From contig JBGQGB010000004.1 of the NCBI GenBank assembly GCA_041497195.1, positions 1,770-65,769 on the forward strand: a DNA stretch of 64,000 nucleotides. Direction: 5' to 3'. The notes under the pieces were generated by a model. That model made no database searches. It was not told the origin of the DNA and saw nothing but the letters and a program-made list of their open reading frames with translations. Below are positions 17,742-26,919 of this stretch, piece by piece. A program made the position numbers and the translations under genes. Within the stretch, counting starts at the first letter, position 1, and the number at the start of each line of letters is the position of its first letter. The DNA comes from Candidatus Doudnabacteria bacterium. Lineage in GTDB: Bacteria; Patescibacteriota; Doudnabacteria; UBA920; 2-01-FULL-46-14.

Positions 17742-19694
17742 ATGAAACAAAAATTTCACTTAAAATTTACAGCCTCCCTCCTGCTTTTGACCTTAGCGAT
17801 CAGCCTCGTCTTGGGGCTTTTCGGTGACGTACAACCTGCAAGCGCTCTTTTGGATGTGCCGGTGACAGGCGACGGCGGAGCTTTTGACCGCGTTGATAGC
17901 ATTGGGAGCATTGATACGAGCGGTTATGACCAGGGTCAGCTTCAAAATGAGATCACTCAGACTGCTGCTTCCTCAGCTATGAACGACGCGTTCCAGGCCA
18001 TGGATGGTCAATTTACTAGCAGCGTCGAAACTGACCTCGGAATAGGAAATCCTGCGTATTATGAAGACGCGCTGGTTGAGGGTAAATTCATCCCCGACCT
18101 TTACTCTAAATACAATGGGAGCGATTCTGTTCCTATTGGATGCAAAGGCCTGGGAGTCGATTGTATAGCAGCCACTGAGATGAGTTTGCCTATGAATAAT
18201 ATGACTACAGCCCAGCTCCAGCAGTTAGCTTCTTTGCAAGGTGCCACGGCGGCAAATTCTCCGGCAGCTAGTACTCAGTTGACCCAGGATATCCAAAGAA
18301 TTGTGGTAGGTGCATCTTCGCTGTTTCAACCCTCTATCGCCTGCGGCGGCATAGATGCCAATGCTTTGGATAAAGCCGCCAGTTATCTCGCTGCCAGCAC
18401 TGCCGGAGTGGTGGCCAACCAGATTGATCCTGGCAGCGGAATGAAGTTTTACCAGGATATGAGCAAATTGGGCAGCCCATACGCCACGAACCCTTTTTGG
18501 AAACTCCAGTTGCAGGACACTGCCATGCTCAACCAGTCCAATGCTCGCGGCGCAGCTGCCAACGAAATCAATTCCCCTGGTCTGAAGGCGACTCAAGCCA
18601 CGAGCACAGCCGCCACTCAATATAGTCAAATCCAGCGGACTTTATCGTTGGTTAAAAACGGGGAAGATAGCAGTGGTCAGGCCCTGTTCAATGTTGCGAT
18701 CAATGCGGTCAACGGGACCTACAATACCGCGACTTTTAGAAATTTCCTCATTCAATTGGTTTCCAACGAGCTGGCTAGAATCGCAGCTACGCAAATCAGC
18801 AAATTCGTGGGCTGGATTGCCAGCTTCATCGGCTCTGGGGTTGGCCTTGCGCAAAAAGACCAGTTTAGACTCTTGGCAGAAAATAGCGCCCGGACTATCG
18901 CTCAGGGCTTGATCCAGCATTTCGCAGTCAATTTATTTACTAGACTCAGTCAAAAGATTTTCCAGGGGCAGATTCTAGCTGAGAGTACGCGCTGCCGCCA
19001 GCCGAAGACGCTAGCTAATTTTACCCCCGCGGCCACGACTTTCACTGCTGCGGCCAATACGCCTATTCAAGCCTTTGGCGACACGGGTCCTACGCCGCCA
19101 ACGCCTCCTCCAGGCGGGCCGCCGAGCAGTATAATTTTTAACGCGCCAGCGAGCATCAACGCGGGTGGCACTGTGGTGCTCACTTGGGATGCCAGTGCCG
19201 CGCCCGCAGGCTCTACAGTCACTCTCACTGGCGGCGCCTTGAGTGGCGCGGTTCCGCTGGTCGGCTCGCGCAATGATACGCCGAGTGTCACCACGACCTA
19301 TACCCTGACCGTGACTGGGCCAGGCTTCAATCAGACTGTGCAGCGTACAGTCGTGGTCACTGCCGGGGGAGCGAGTGCTGTGACCTTTGACGTGCAGCCG
19401 CGCTCTGTGGTTGCCGGCGACACAGTCACTATCACCTGGGACGCTTCCGCCATCCCGAACGCGCAAGTGGAAATCTTCCCACTCTCTACATCCCTCCTAC
19501 CAGTTTCAGGTGCGCAGGATTTCACAATCAACGCCACGACTGTTTTCGTTTTTACAGTTGTCGACCCGTCGGGTGCAAATCCTGACATCGCCCGCACCAT
19601 TACTGTCACAGTAACGACTGGCGGAGGTTGCGGTGCAGTGATCTGTGTCCTCGGCGCTCAAACCACTAATCCGCAGTTTGGGGTGAGGGAATAA
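17742..19694 (+). CDS. large secreted protein with C-terminal tandem Ig-like/fibronectin-like repeats
   Basis: Signal peptide (MKQKFHLKFTASLLLLTLAISLVLGLFGDVQPASA). PTPPTPPPGGPP linker. Two homologous ~60-aa repeats (GGTVVLTWDASAAPAGSTVTLTGG... / GDTVTITWDASAIPNAQVEIFP...). Confidence 0.5.
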   Translation: MKQKFHLKFTASLLLLTLAISLVLGLFGDVQPASALLDVPVTGDGGAFDRVDSIGSIDTSGYDQGQLQNEITQTAASSAMNDAFQAMDGQFTSSVETDLGIGNPAYYEDALVEGKFIPDLYSKYNGSDSVPIGCKGLGVDCIAATEMSLPMNNMTTAQLQQLASLQGATAANSPAASTQLTQDIQRIVVGASSLFQPSIACGGIDANALDKAASYLAASTAGVVANQIDPGSGMKFYQDMSKLGSPYATNPFWKLQLQDTAMLNQSNARGAAANEINSPGLKATQATSTAATQYSQIQRTLSLVKNGEDSSGQALFNVAINAVNGTYNTATFRNFLIQLVSNELARIAATQISKFVGWIASFIGSGVGLAQKDQFRLLAENSARTIAQGLIQHFAVNLFTRLSQKIFQGQILAESTRCRQPKTLANFTPAATTFTAAANTPIQAFGDTGPTPPTPPPGGPPSSIIFNAPASINAGGTVVLTWDASAAPAGSTVTLTGGALSGAVPLVGSRNDTPSVTTTYTLTVTGPGFNQTVQRTVVVTAGGASAVTFDVQPRSVVAGDTVTITWDASAIPNAQVEIFPLSTSLLPVSGAQDFTINATTVFVFTVVDPSGANPDIARTITVTVTTGGGCGAVICVLGAQTTNPQFGVRE

Positions 19695-19698
19695 GTTT

Positions 19699-22600
19699 AT
19701 GTTAATGAAGGTCGCAAGAAAAGTTTTTATGAGTAAAGTAGGTATTTTTGCAATATCTATATTATTTTTGTCAGTTTTGTTTCCTCTTGGCGCGCAGGCC
19801 GCTACATTTCAGGCAACTCAAGTCAGCTGGTCAGTACACACCAATGCTACGATTTATCGGGTGGTGGTCGGTGGATCGGCCACGATCCAAGTTCAGGCGC
19901 AAAGTACCCCAGCTCTCGCCGTCGGAGACATAATCGTGACTCCCGGAGGTTCCAACAGAACGATTGCCGCATTTTACGCGGCATATTTTGGTGCGGGGTG
20001 TAGCTTATCATGCGCAGCTGAAGATGAGAGTTCCCACGTTTCTAATGACCCGTTCAGCGTGACCGTGACTACCGATCCTTTCTACAATCCGCCTATTCCA
20101 GCTGGCCAAACCATGGCGACCAGAATCATCCAAGTTTTTCCAGCGGTGGATGTCTCATTTGCGGGAGACGGCAATTTTTTTCAAAATGCGGCGCAGATAA
20201 CTTTGCAAATCTTCAGCGACCAAACTGCACTCAATCAAGCCGCGCAAGCCGCTTGTACGGCCAACCCGAATCAGGTCGGTTGCAATCCCGATGGGACGGT
20301 CAGCAATTCAAGTGTCGGCGGTGCGGCTACTGCGGCAACCACTGGTATATCAAATCCCCCCGGGGTGGGGGATGGACTTCTCGGCATTCTTATTAGCATA
20401 GTCAACATTGTACTCGGGGTAATCATCGCGATTTTACGTTTCCTGGTGTGGCTCATCGGCACTGTCATTGCCGTGCCTTTGCTTGAGTCGACCCTGCAGT
20501 TGCAGGCTGGTAATCTGGCGGGCGGGGTGATTTTGACTGGCTGGACTCTGGTGCGGGATGTGGTCAATATGTTCTTCATCCTATTTCTGATTATTATTGG
20601 CCTCGGTACTATCCTGAAAATCGAGAGCTACAATTACAAAAAGCTCCTGGTCAATCTGATTATGATGGCGCTTTTGGTCAATTTCAGCCTACTCATCGGG
20701 CGCATTATTATCCAGATTGCTGACACGGCTCAGTTCACTTTTCTGCCTTTGGGCACAGGCATAACAGGAGTGAGGGCCCTGTTTCAAAATTTGGTGACCG
20801 GGCCAAAGGAATTTACTGATCCTATCATGATTTTAACCACGGATAAAAATGTGGCGATGGCCTCGACCTTTACAATGCTTTTTCAGTTTATATTTGAAGC
20901 CTCGGTGATCGTGACTTTTTTGGCCATGGCTGTTTTGATGCTCATCAGGACAGTAATGCTCTGGATTTTGCTCATCCTCTCGCCTGTGGCGTATGCTTTC
21001 TACGTTTTGCCAGCCACAGCCAGCATTGCCAAGAAATGGTGGTCAGAGTTTATCAAATACGCCCTATTTGCTCCAATTTTTGCTTTCTTTTTGCGGCTCA
21101 CATTTGTCCTCTATGACCAAGGCCTCAATATTTTTCCTACGACAGCAGCCTCCTTTGCCGGTCGTCCACCCAATTTGATAGGGGCAATAGACGCGCTTTC
21201 TCAGCTACCCGGGGGATTTAATTTCACTCAGGCTTTACAGCTGCTTTTGATCTACATAGTGGTGCTGGCGTTTCTCTGGGCTGGCATGATTGTGGCCAAA
21301 AGCATGGGAGTAATGGGAGCGAGTGGGATCATGAGCATTGGGGAGCGGGGCTTGCGGAGCGGATTTGGATTGAAGCAAATCGGTGGCGGTGCTACAGGTC
21401 TGGTGGCGCGAACATATTCGGGTTGGGTTGGGCGAAAAATTGGCGCGGCTAGTCAGAAGGGAGAACAAGCAGCGAAGGAGGCTCAAAAGGCAGAGCGCCG
21501 GGCAGCCGTACTCCGTGCCGGCGGAAAAATTGTCGAAGCGAAACAGGCCGAGGCACAGGCGACCGCCGCCAGATCTAGACAGCGAGCGGCTTCACTATCC
21601 AGCGGTGGGTGGCGGGCTTTGTCCCTTTTGAATCCGCATGTTGTCAAAGAGGCATGGAAGAAGCGACGGGAAGAAAAAGAATTGCGTGCTTATGGACCGG
21701 CAGTTGGCCATATGCAAGACACTTTCAATCGGATTATGCCGACCGAGTTTCTGAAGTGGAACCGGATGTTGGCTGGTCAATTTGGCAAAAAAACCCCACA
21801 CGGTCTTGTAGGGGAACGTGCTGTGGTTGCCAAAGAAGCTGAAGAGCTTCTCAAGGGTATTCGGACTAGAGAGGATGCGGCAAGAGTCGCGGGCGACGCG
21901 TTTAAATCAGGGGATCATGATGAAATCATGGCTGCCCTGAAAGTCTTGCAGCATGGGAATTGGCAGGATGATTATATGAACCTCGAGGGTAAAACATTCA
22001 GCCCCCTGAAGTATCTGGATCATATTACCGAACAGATGAAAAAGTCAGGATTTTCTAAAGAGGAAATTACAACAATTTTGGATGACCTGAAAGAAACTGG
22101 CGAGCAAACAGGTCGGATTCGTGCTTATGGTTATACCACAGAAGATCCTGACGGCCATATTCGGGCTGCCAATGATCTGTCTTTTTATCAACAACTGAGA
22201 GGTGACGATTTGGCTAAAGTATTCGAGAACCAGGCGGAAAAATTCAAGTTGGCTTTTGACGAAAGCGGAGTGGATGAGTTTGGTAAACAGGCGCGAAGCT
22301 TTGAAAATGCGGCGGCCCAAGCCAGAGCGGGGCAGTCTTTTGACCAAATTTCTACAGTTAAATATATTCCAGATGCGGAGGTGCAGGACGAGAATTCAGA
22401 ATACCATGGTCGTACGGATGTGACGATTCGAGATGCCATGGTTGCGCGAAGGTTTATGGACGAAGCACATATCAAACTCCAGCGCGGTAATGCCGGGGTG
22501 CATGCCAGAAACATCGAAGCCGCAATCATCGTTGACCAGGATCCGGAAAAAGGCTGGACAAACCAGAATGCTTTGGGAAAAATGATGGCACACGAAATCG

Positions 22601-22977
22601 GACCGAATATTATCGAGTCAATCACCGGTCGTATTCACGAGAGTCAAGGTCGCTTGCTCTACGCTTTTGGCGCGCTCCGAGACAAACAGACTGGTAAATG
22701 GACGCCCCCAGATATTAATATTGGGAGTAGAACAGATGTGCAAATCCATGGTATGGCGAGGAACCCAGAAGAGGAGCAAGTCTTAAAGGATCAGCGTGAT
22801 GCTCATCGCACCGCTTGGAACAAAATCATGGACACCCAGAAACTTAACGAAAAGATGTTTAACGCCATTATTGGAAGTCAAAAACTGTTTACTGAAGAAC
22901 AGCGCGATTATTTTAAACAACAATTTAATACTTATGCAACAAACAACCCGAATGAGAGACTTCAACAAATTCCTTAA
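19699..22977 (+). CDS. VirB6/TrbL-like polytopic membrane protein with large charged C-terminal extension
   Basis: Signal peptide and ~190-aa extracytoplasmic domain, then ~7 hydrophobic helices between aa ~215 and 560 in a TrbL/VirB6-like arrangement, then a ~500-aa hydrophilic K/E/R/A-rich tail. Sits upstream of the PrgI-like and VirB4-like genes. Confidence 0.5.
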   Translation: MLMKVARKVFMSKVGIFAISILFLSVLFPLGAQAATFQATQVSWSVHTNATIYRVVVGGSATIQVQAQSTPALAVGDIIVTPGGSNRTIAAFYAAYFGAGCSLSCAAEDESSHVSNDPFSVTVTTDPFYNPPIPAGQTMATRIIQVFPAVDVSFAGDGNFFQNAAQITLQIFSDQTALNQAAQAACTANPNQVGCNPDGTVSNSSVGGAATAATTGISNPPGVGDGLLGILISIVNIVLGVIIAILRFLVWLIGTVIAVPLLESTLQLQAGNLAGGVILTGWTLVRDVVNMFFILFLIIIGLGTILKIESYNYKKLLVNLIMMALLVNFSLLIGRIIIQIADTAQFTFLPLGTGITGVRALFQNLVTGPKEFTDPIMILTTDKNVAMASTFTMLFQFIFEASVIVTFLAMAVLMLIRTVMLWILLILSPVAYAFYVLPATASIAKKWWSEFIKYALFAPIFAFFLRLTFVLYDQGLNIFPTTAASFAGRPPNLIGAIDALSQLPGGFNFTQALQLLLIYIVVLAFLWAGMIVAKSMGVMGASGIMSIGERGLRSGFGLKQIGGGATGLVARTYSGWVGRKIGAASQKGEQAAKEAQKAERRAAVLRAGGKIVEAKQAEAQATAARSRQRAASLSSGGWRALSLLNPHVVKEAWKKRREEKELRAYGPAVGHMQDTFNRIMPTEFLKWNRMLAGQFGKKTPHGLVGERAVVAKEAEELLKGIRTREDAARVAGDAFKSGDHDEIMAALKVLQHGNWQDDYMNLEGKTFSPLKYLDHITEQMKKSGFSKEEITTILDDLKETGEQTGRIRAYGYTTEDPDGHIRAANDLSFYQQLRGDDLAKVFENQAEKFKLAFDESGVDEFGKQARSFENAAAQARAGQSFDQISTVKYIPDAEVQDENSEYHGRTDVTIRDAMVARRFMDEAHIKLQRGNAGVHARNIEAAIIVDQDPEKGWTNQNALGKMMAHEIGPNIIESITGRIHESQGRLLYAFGALRDKQTGKWTPPDINIGSRTDVQIHGMARNPEEEQVLKDQRDAHRTAWNKIMDTQKLNEKMFNAIIGSQKLFTEEQRDYFKQQFNTYATNNPNERLQQIP

Positions 22978-23001
22978 ATAAAACAAAAAACATCTTAAGG
23001 A

Positions 23002-24432
23002 ATGAGTATATATATGGATATAAAAGACGAAAAAAAAATTCCTATTTCAGCAGCCCCCCCAAATCAGGTAACTAGCCCAGAACAGATAGTTAGCATTACT
23101 TGGGATAATTTTAGCGTGCTTCAACCAGAATGGTTGGAAGATGAGAATATCTTGTATCAACTGAAGCTTTTTGTGCAGGACATATCGGATAGTGGCGACG
23201 CATCTGATGCAAGTCAGGCTTTCGTGCTTTTGCATCAACTTTTGCAAAAATTGCCGCTCCTGGTGCAGAATCACCCCGATGTTTATCGGGAATATCTTCG
23301 ATTGCTGACTGTTTTAAAGGCTTGTTTTTTGTCCTTGATGCCGGATGGGGACATTCATAATTTTCTCCGAGATGAGTTGACTCTGTCTTTGGAAGTCCAG
23401 GATTTTGACATTAAGGACAAGCTGAATGATTTATTGCTGGTCTATAGACAATTTCCAGACGTACAAGCAAATTTTGCACAGGAACTATTGAAGCCAATTG
23501 AAGAAAACCAAGAATATTTAGGCACTGATCCAATTGTCATCCGCGGTCATGACGATGAACAATTGCCCAGAATTGCTAACTGGCTGGTAGATTATACCCA
23601 GTTTGTAGTAAGCAAGACCAAGCTGGGGGCATCGGTCGTTAGAGCAGGGGGTTTGGAGCGGGCGACGTATCTTTCGCAAAGTCCGAACTCCCGGCGTCTT
23701 ACTGAAGACGAGCGAGATATTTTGAAGAGGCTTTTAGAATTGCACGATTGGTTGAAAGCTTTTGTTCCAGTCCCACAGGCTAGCGAGGCTACTGCGGCCC
23801 TACCGAATTATATAACTACCCAACGAGAGAAGATTAGTGTGCCCCCTCCTCCCCGGCCAGTACAACAACGCCCGCAAGCCCCTGTTTATAGAGCGCCGGC
23901 AATTCCCCCACAGCCAGCTGCTCCACAGCCGCGGGTCACTCCGAGTCTTGTGGTGCCGAGGACTCAGGTGCCACCAGCCCAGCCGCGGCCATCAGTTTTG
24001 CCGCCAGCGCCAAAACCCGCTGCTACCTCAGTGCGGCCGTCTATGACGTTTGCTCCGACGCCGCCCCAGGCTGCAGCGCCCTCTCCCGCGCCCCAATCTT
24101 CGGCTAATGAAGATTTGTACCGTTCCACCCTTGAGGAGCTGGCAAAGATGAGGCAGAAAGAGGCTGCCCAAACGCCCGGAAGATCAGTGAGTGCTAGCCC
24201 CAAACCCTCGGGCCCGACCATCGTGCCGCTGTCTGCAGGGCCAGGTCGGCCTGCGGCCTCAGTGGCCCAGGGGCCAATGCGCCCGATGAAACCAATGGAA
24301 CCTTTTTCGGTAAATGAAGCTCTGGTCCACGGGGATTTGAATCCTGATCTCAATGATCGCGGGGAAATGGTGTCAGGAGACAAAGATGACGTGGCAAAGA
24401 AATTGAAGGATTTGGAAGACAGGGTCAAATAG
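23002..24432 (+). CDS. hypothetical protein with central proline-rich low-complexity region
   Basis: No TM segment. A ~270-aa N-terminal globular part is followed by PPPPRPVQQRPQAPVYRAPAIPPQPAAPQPR... No known motif recognised. Confidence 0.4.
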   Translation: MSIYMDIKDEKKIPISAAPPNQVTSPEQIVSITWDNFSVLQPEWLEDENILYQLKLFVQDISDSGDASDASQAFVLLHQLLQKLPLLVQNHPDVYREYLRLLTVLKACFLSLMPDGDIHNFLRDELTLSLEVQDFDIKDKLNDLLLVYRQFPDVQANFAQELLKPIEENQEYLGTDPIVIRGHDDEQLPRIANWLVDYTQFVVSKTKLGASVVRAGGLERATYLSQSPNSRRLTEDERDILKRLLELHDWLKAFVPVPQASEATAALPNYITTQREKISVPPPPRPVQQRPQAPVYRAPAIPPQPAAPQPRVTPSLVVPRTQVPPAQPRPSVLPPAPKPAATSVRPSMTFAPTPPQAAAPSPAPQSSANEDLYRSTLEELAKMRQKEAAQTPGRSVSASPKPSGPTIVPLSAGPGRPAASVAQGPMRPMKPMEPFSVNEALVHGDLNPDLNDRGEMVSGDKDDVAKKLKDLEDRVK

Positions 24433-24454
24433 TTAGAGGGCCTTTGTTTACGTT

Positions 24455-25381
24455 ATGCCAATGGCAGATCTCGACCGGTTGAAATCAAAAATTCAAAATT
24501 CCACTATCCTCTCCGACAGCGAAAAAAAGGAGTGGCTTTTTTTGTTGCCGAAAATGACGCCGCCCCAGATGCAAGAGCTCAATGAGGTGCTATCTTCTCA
24601 TAAGTCGCTACAGTCACAATCAGTACCTGCGCAAAAATTGCCAGCTACTGAGGAAAAATCGGCAGTTAGCTCGCTTCAGACAAATGTAAAGCCGTTGATG
24701 CCCAATCAGCCGGCCACGCCAACCCCGATGACAAAACCTGCCGGGCCGGCTGCTATCCCTGCTGACGCACGATATTCAGAAGAACCGACTAAACCGTTAA
24801 CTACCGCGCCGAAGCCGTCTGTCCCTGCATCGGTAAAACCAATTGTAGTACAGCCGATAGACTCAAACCGCAGACCAGAGACCAAGCCCGGAGTAAACAT
24901 TTTGCCAGACAAAGTAAAAATCGCAGCCAAGCCGCTTGATTCGTTCAAGCCGGTAAACAGCGCGATGGTCCCGCCGCGAGACGCTTCAGTCAAACAATCG
25001 CTAACCGCGCCAGCCGGCATGAGCAAGACCAAACTTGATCCAGTGGTCAAGCCAGGGAGCGGCCAGAGCGTGAAAGCCGTCCAGGCCGCCTCGGACGAGT
25101 TGGGGAAATTGCGCGCTTTGGCTGTTGCTGATTTGCGGCAGGCCCCGTCTGTGTACGTGTTCCTCGAAGATCTGGCTAAAAAGATGAATGAGCTGAAGAA
25201 ATACCGCGAGCTCAGTCTGGAACAAATCACTTCCAGTTTTGAACAGAGTCCGTTGTATCATACTTATCTGGAAGCTGGCCTAAAGATCATGGACAAGCAG
25301 GAATTTGACCGGTTGTCGCATTCCGAATTTGAGGCCATGGCTGATTTTCGGGCTTCTTTGCGCAAACTTTTGAGCAAGTAA
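24455..25381 (+). CDS. hypothetical proline-rich protein
   Basis: 308 aa, P/K/A/S-rich central region (PATPTPMTKPAGPAAIPADA...) and a C-terminal helical segment. No known motif. Confidence 0.4.
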   Translation: MPMADLDRLKSKIQNSTILSDSEKKEWLFLLPKMTPPQMQELNEVLSSHKSLQSQSVPAQKLPATEEKSAVSSLQTNVKPLMPNQPATPTPMTKPAGPAAIPADARYSEEPTKPLTTAPKPSVPASVKPIVVQPIDSNRRPETKPGVNILPDKVKIAAKPLDSFKPVNSAMVPPRDASVKQSLTAPAGMSKTKLDPVVKPGSGQSVKAVQAASDELGKLRALAVADLRQAPSVYVFLEDLAKKMNELKKYRELSLEQITSSFEQSPLYHTYLEAGLKIMDKQEFDRLSHSEFEAMADFRASLRKLLSK

Positions 25382-25661
25382 GGGTTTTTTGTCCCTATAA
25401 CCGCCAAGAACCCAGGCCCCTAGCGGGGATTTTTTGTATATTTGGAGGATTGTGCTATAATAAAAACACTTTAAAAGTGAAGATTTGAAAGCAAAACTCA
25501 AACTAAGGGTTAAATTTTCAGTTCTCAATTTGCAATTTTCAATGCCTGAAGTTTCAAAAAGAAGCGCAGGAACTTACTTTGATATTTCAAAAGATTACCA
25601 ACTCGTTAAAGCGAGCTAGCCGGATTGAATTTAATGAAAATTGAGAATTTGAAATTGAAAA

Positions 25662-26138
25662 TTGTTTTCCATGCAGTCATATAGCCTCCCACAATTCATT
25701 GAGGTGGAGGACAAGATCATCGGGCCTTTGGGCATCAAGCAGTTTTTGTTTCTGCTTTGCGGCGGTCTCATATGTTTGGGCATTTGGAGCGTTGCTCAAT
25801 TCAGTATTTTTTTCTTCCTCCTGGCAGCGCCGGTGATGATAGTCGTCATCGCCTTGGCGTTTGGCAAGTTTAACGGCCGGCCAGTAATGAGCAATGTCGC
25901 CGGGCTAATCAAATTCCTCTCCTCACCGCGTATACGGGTCTACCAGCGTACTGGCGACAAGGAATTGTCAGAGGTGACCAAAGCACCGCGCAAAGTTGAA
26001 ATGGTGGAGACCGAAGCTCCGGAGCAGGTCGACAGCCGGTTGAAGCGCCTGGCGTATCTGCTGGACCAGCAGTCAGCGGAAGAAAAGCGGCTCATCGAGA
26101 CCGGGCAAATGAAACAGAAATGGTTGAACCAAATCTAG
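25662..26138 (+). CDS. PrgI-family (VirB3-like) small membrane protein of Gram-positive-type T4SS
   Basis: Pattern IEVEDKIIGPLGIKQFLFLLCGGLICLG then two TM helices then PRIRVYQ closely parallels the PrgI/TcpD family (…LTKRQLICF…PKIRVYQ…), as recalled from family alignments. Confidence 0.65.
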   Translation: MFSMQSYSLPQFIEVEDKIIGPLGIKQFLFLLCGGLICLGIWSVAQFSIFFFLLAAPVMIVVIALAFGKFNGRPVMSNVAGLIKFLSSPRIRVYQRTGDKELSEVTKAPRKVEMVETEAPEQVDSRLKRLAYLLDQQSAEEKRLIETGQMKQKWLNQI

Positions 26139-26144
26139 CTAGCC

Positions 26145-26885
26145 ATGGAAATGCAGACGAACAAATTGCGCAGAAACAAACCGACTGAGTCCACTCAGAA
26201 GTATTTGAATATTTCGCAAATCAAAGAGGGGGTCATCGTGATGAAAGACAAAAGTTTGCGCTCCATTCTGGTGGTGTCCTCCACCAATTTCGCTCTCAAA
26301 TCCGAAGAAGAACAAAATGCTTTGATCGCCGCCTATCAGAATTTTTTGAATTCCCTGGATTTTCCCATCCAGATTTTGATTCATTCGCGGGTGCTGGATA
26401 TCGACGGGTATTTGACCAAGCTGCGCGGCCTTGCTTCGGGTCAGACCAACGAGCTGCTGCGCATCCAGATGAGCGAGTATATCGAGTATGTCGGCAAGTT
26501 GGTGGAATACGCGAGCATCATGACCAAAACTTTTTATGTCGTGATTCCTTATTCAGTTGCAGTGGCCACCAAAGAAACTTTTTTCGGCAGAATGAAGAAG
26601 GTACTCAATCCCGCCGCTACCATCACCGCCAACCAGGAAGATTTTCAAAAGCAGAAACTCAAACTGGAAGAGCGGATCGAACACATCGCCGGCTCCCTGG
26701 GCGGCATGGGTTTGCGCAGCATGGTGCTCAACACTCAGGAACTGATTGAACTTTTGTATACTTCTTATAATTTTGAGACTGCATCCCCTCTGCATCCGGA
26801 GGCGATGGGTGAGATTCAGCTGACTGACTCGACCCCGGATCTGGCCATGCCCAGCAGGTCAGGAGGGCTGAAGGTGGGGACCTAA
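26145..26885 (+). CDS. N-terminal domain of VirB4/TraE/PrgJ-like conjugal ATPase, encoded as a separate ORF
   Basis: ISQIKEGVIVMKDKSLRSILVVSSTNFALKSEEEQNALIAAYQNFLNSLDFPIQI matches the conserved N-terminus of Firmicutes VirB4 homologues (IKDIxDGIIITKDxxYVKIxEVxPINFxLxSxxEQ). Ends with TAA at 26883-26885. The next ORF is in a different frame. Confidence 0.6.
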   Translation: MEMQTNKLRRNKPTESTQKYLNISQIKEGVIVMKDKSLRSILVVSSTNFALKSEEEQNALIAAYQNFLNSLDFPIQILIHSRVLDIDGYLTKLRGLASGQTNELLRIQMSEYIEYVGKLVEYASIMTKTFYVVIPYSVAVATKETFFGRMKKVLNPAATITANQEDFQKQKLKLEERIEHIAGSLGGMGLRSMVLNTQELIELLYTSYNFETASPLHPEAMGEIQLTDSTPDLAMPSRSGGLKVGT

Positions 26886-26919
26886 AAAAAGCAGGCAGTT
26901 TTTGTTAGCATAAAATTTT

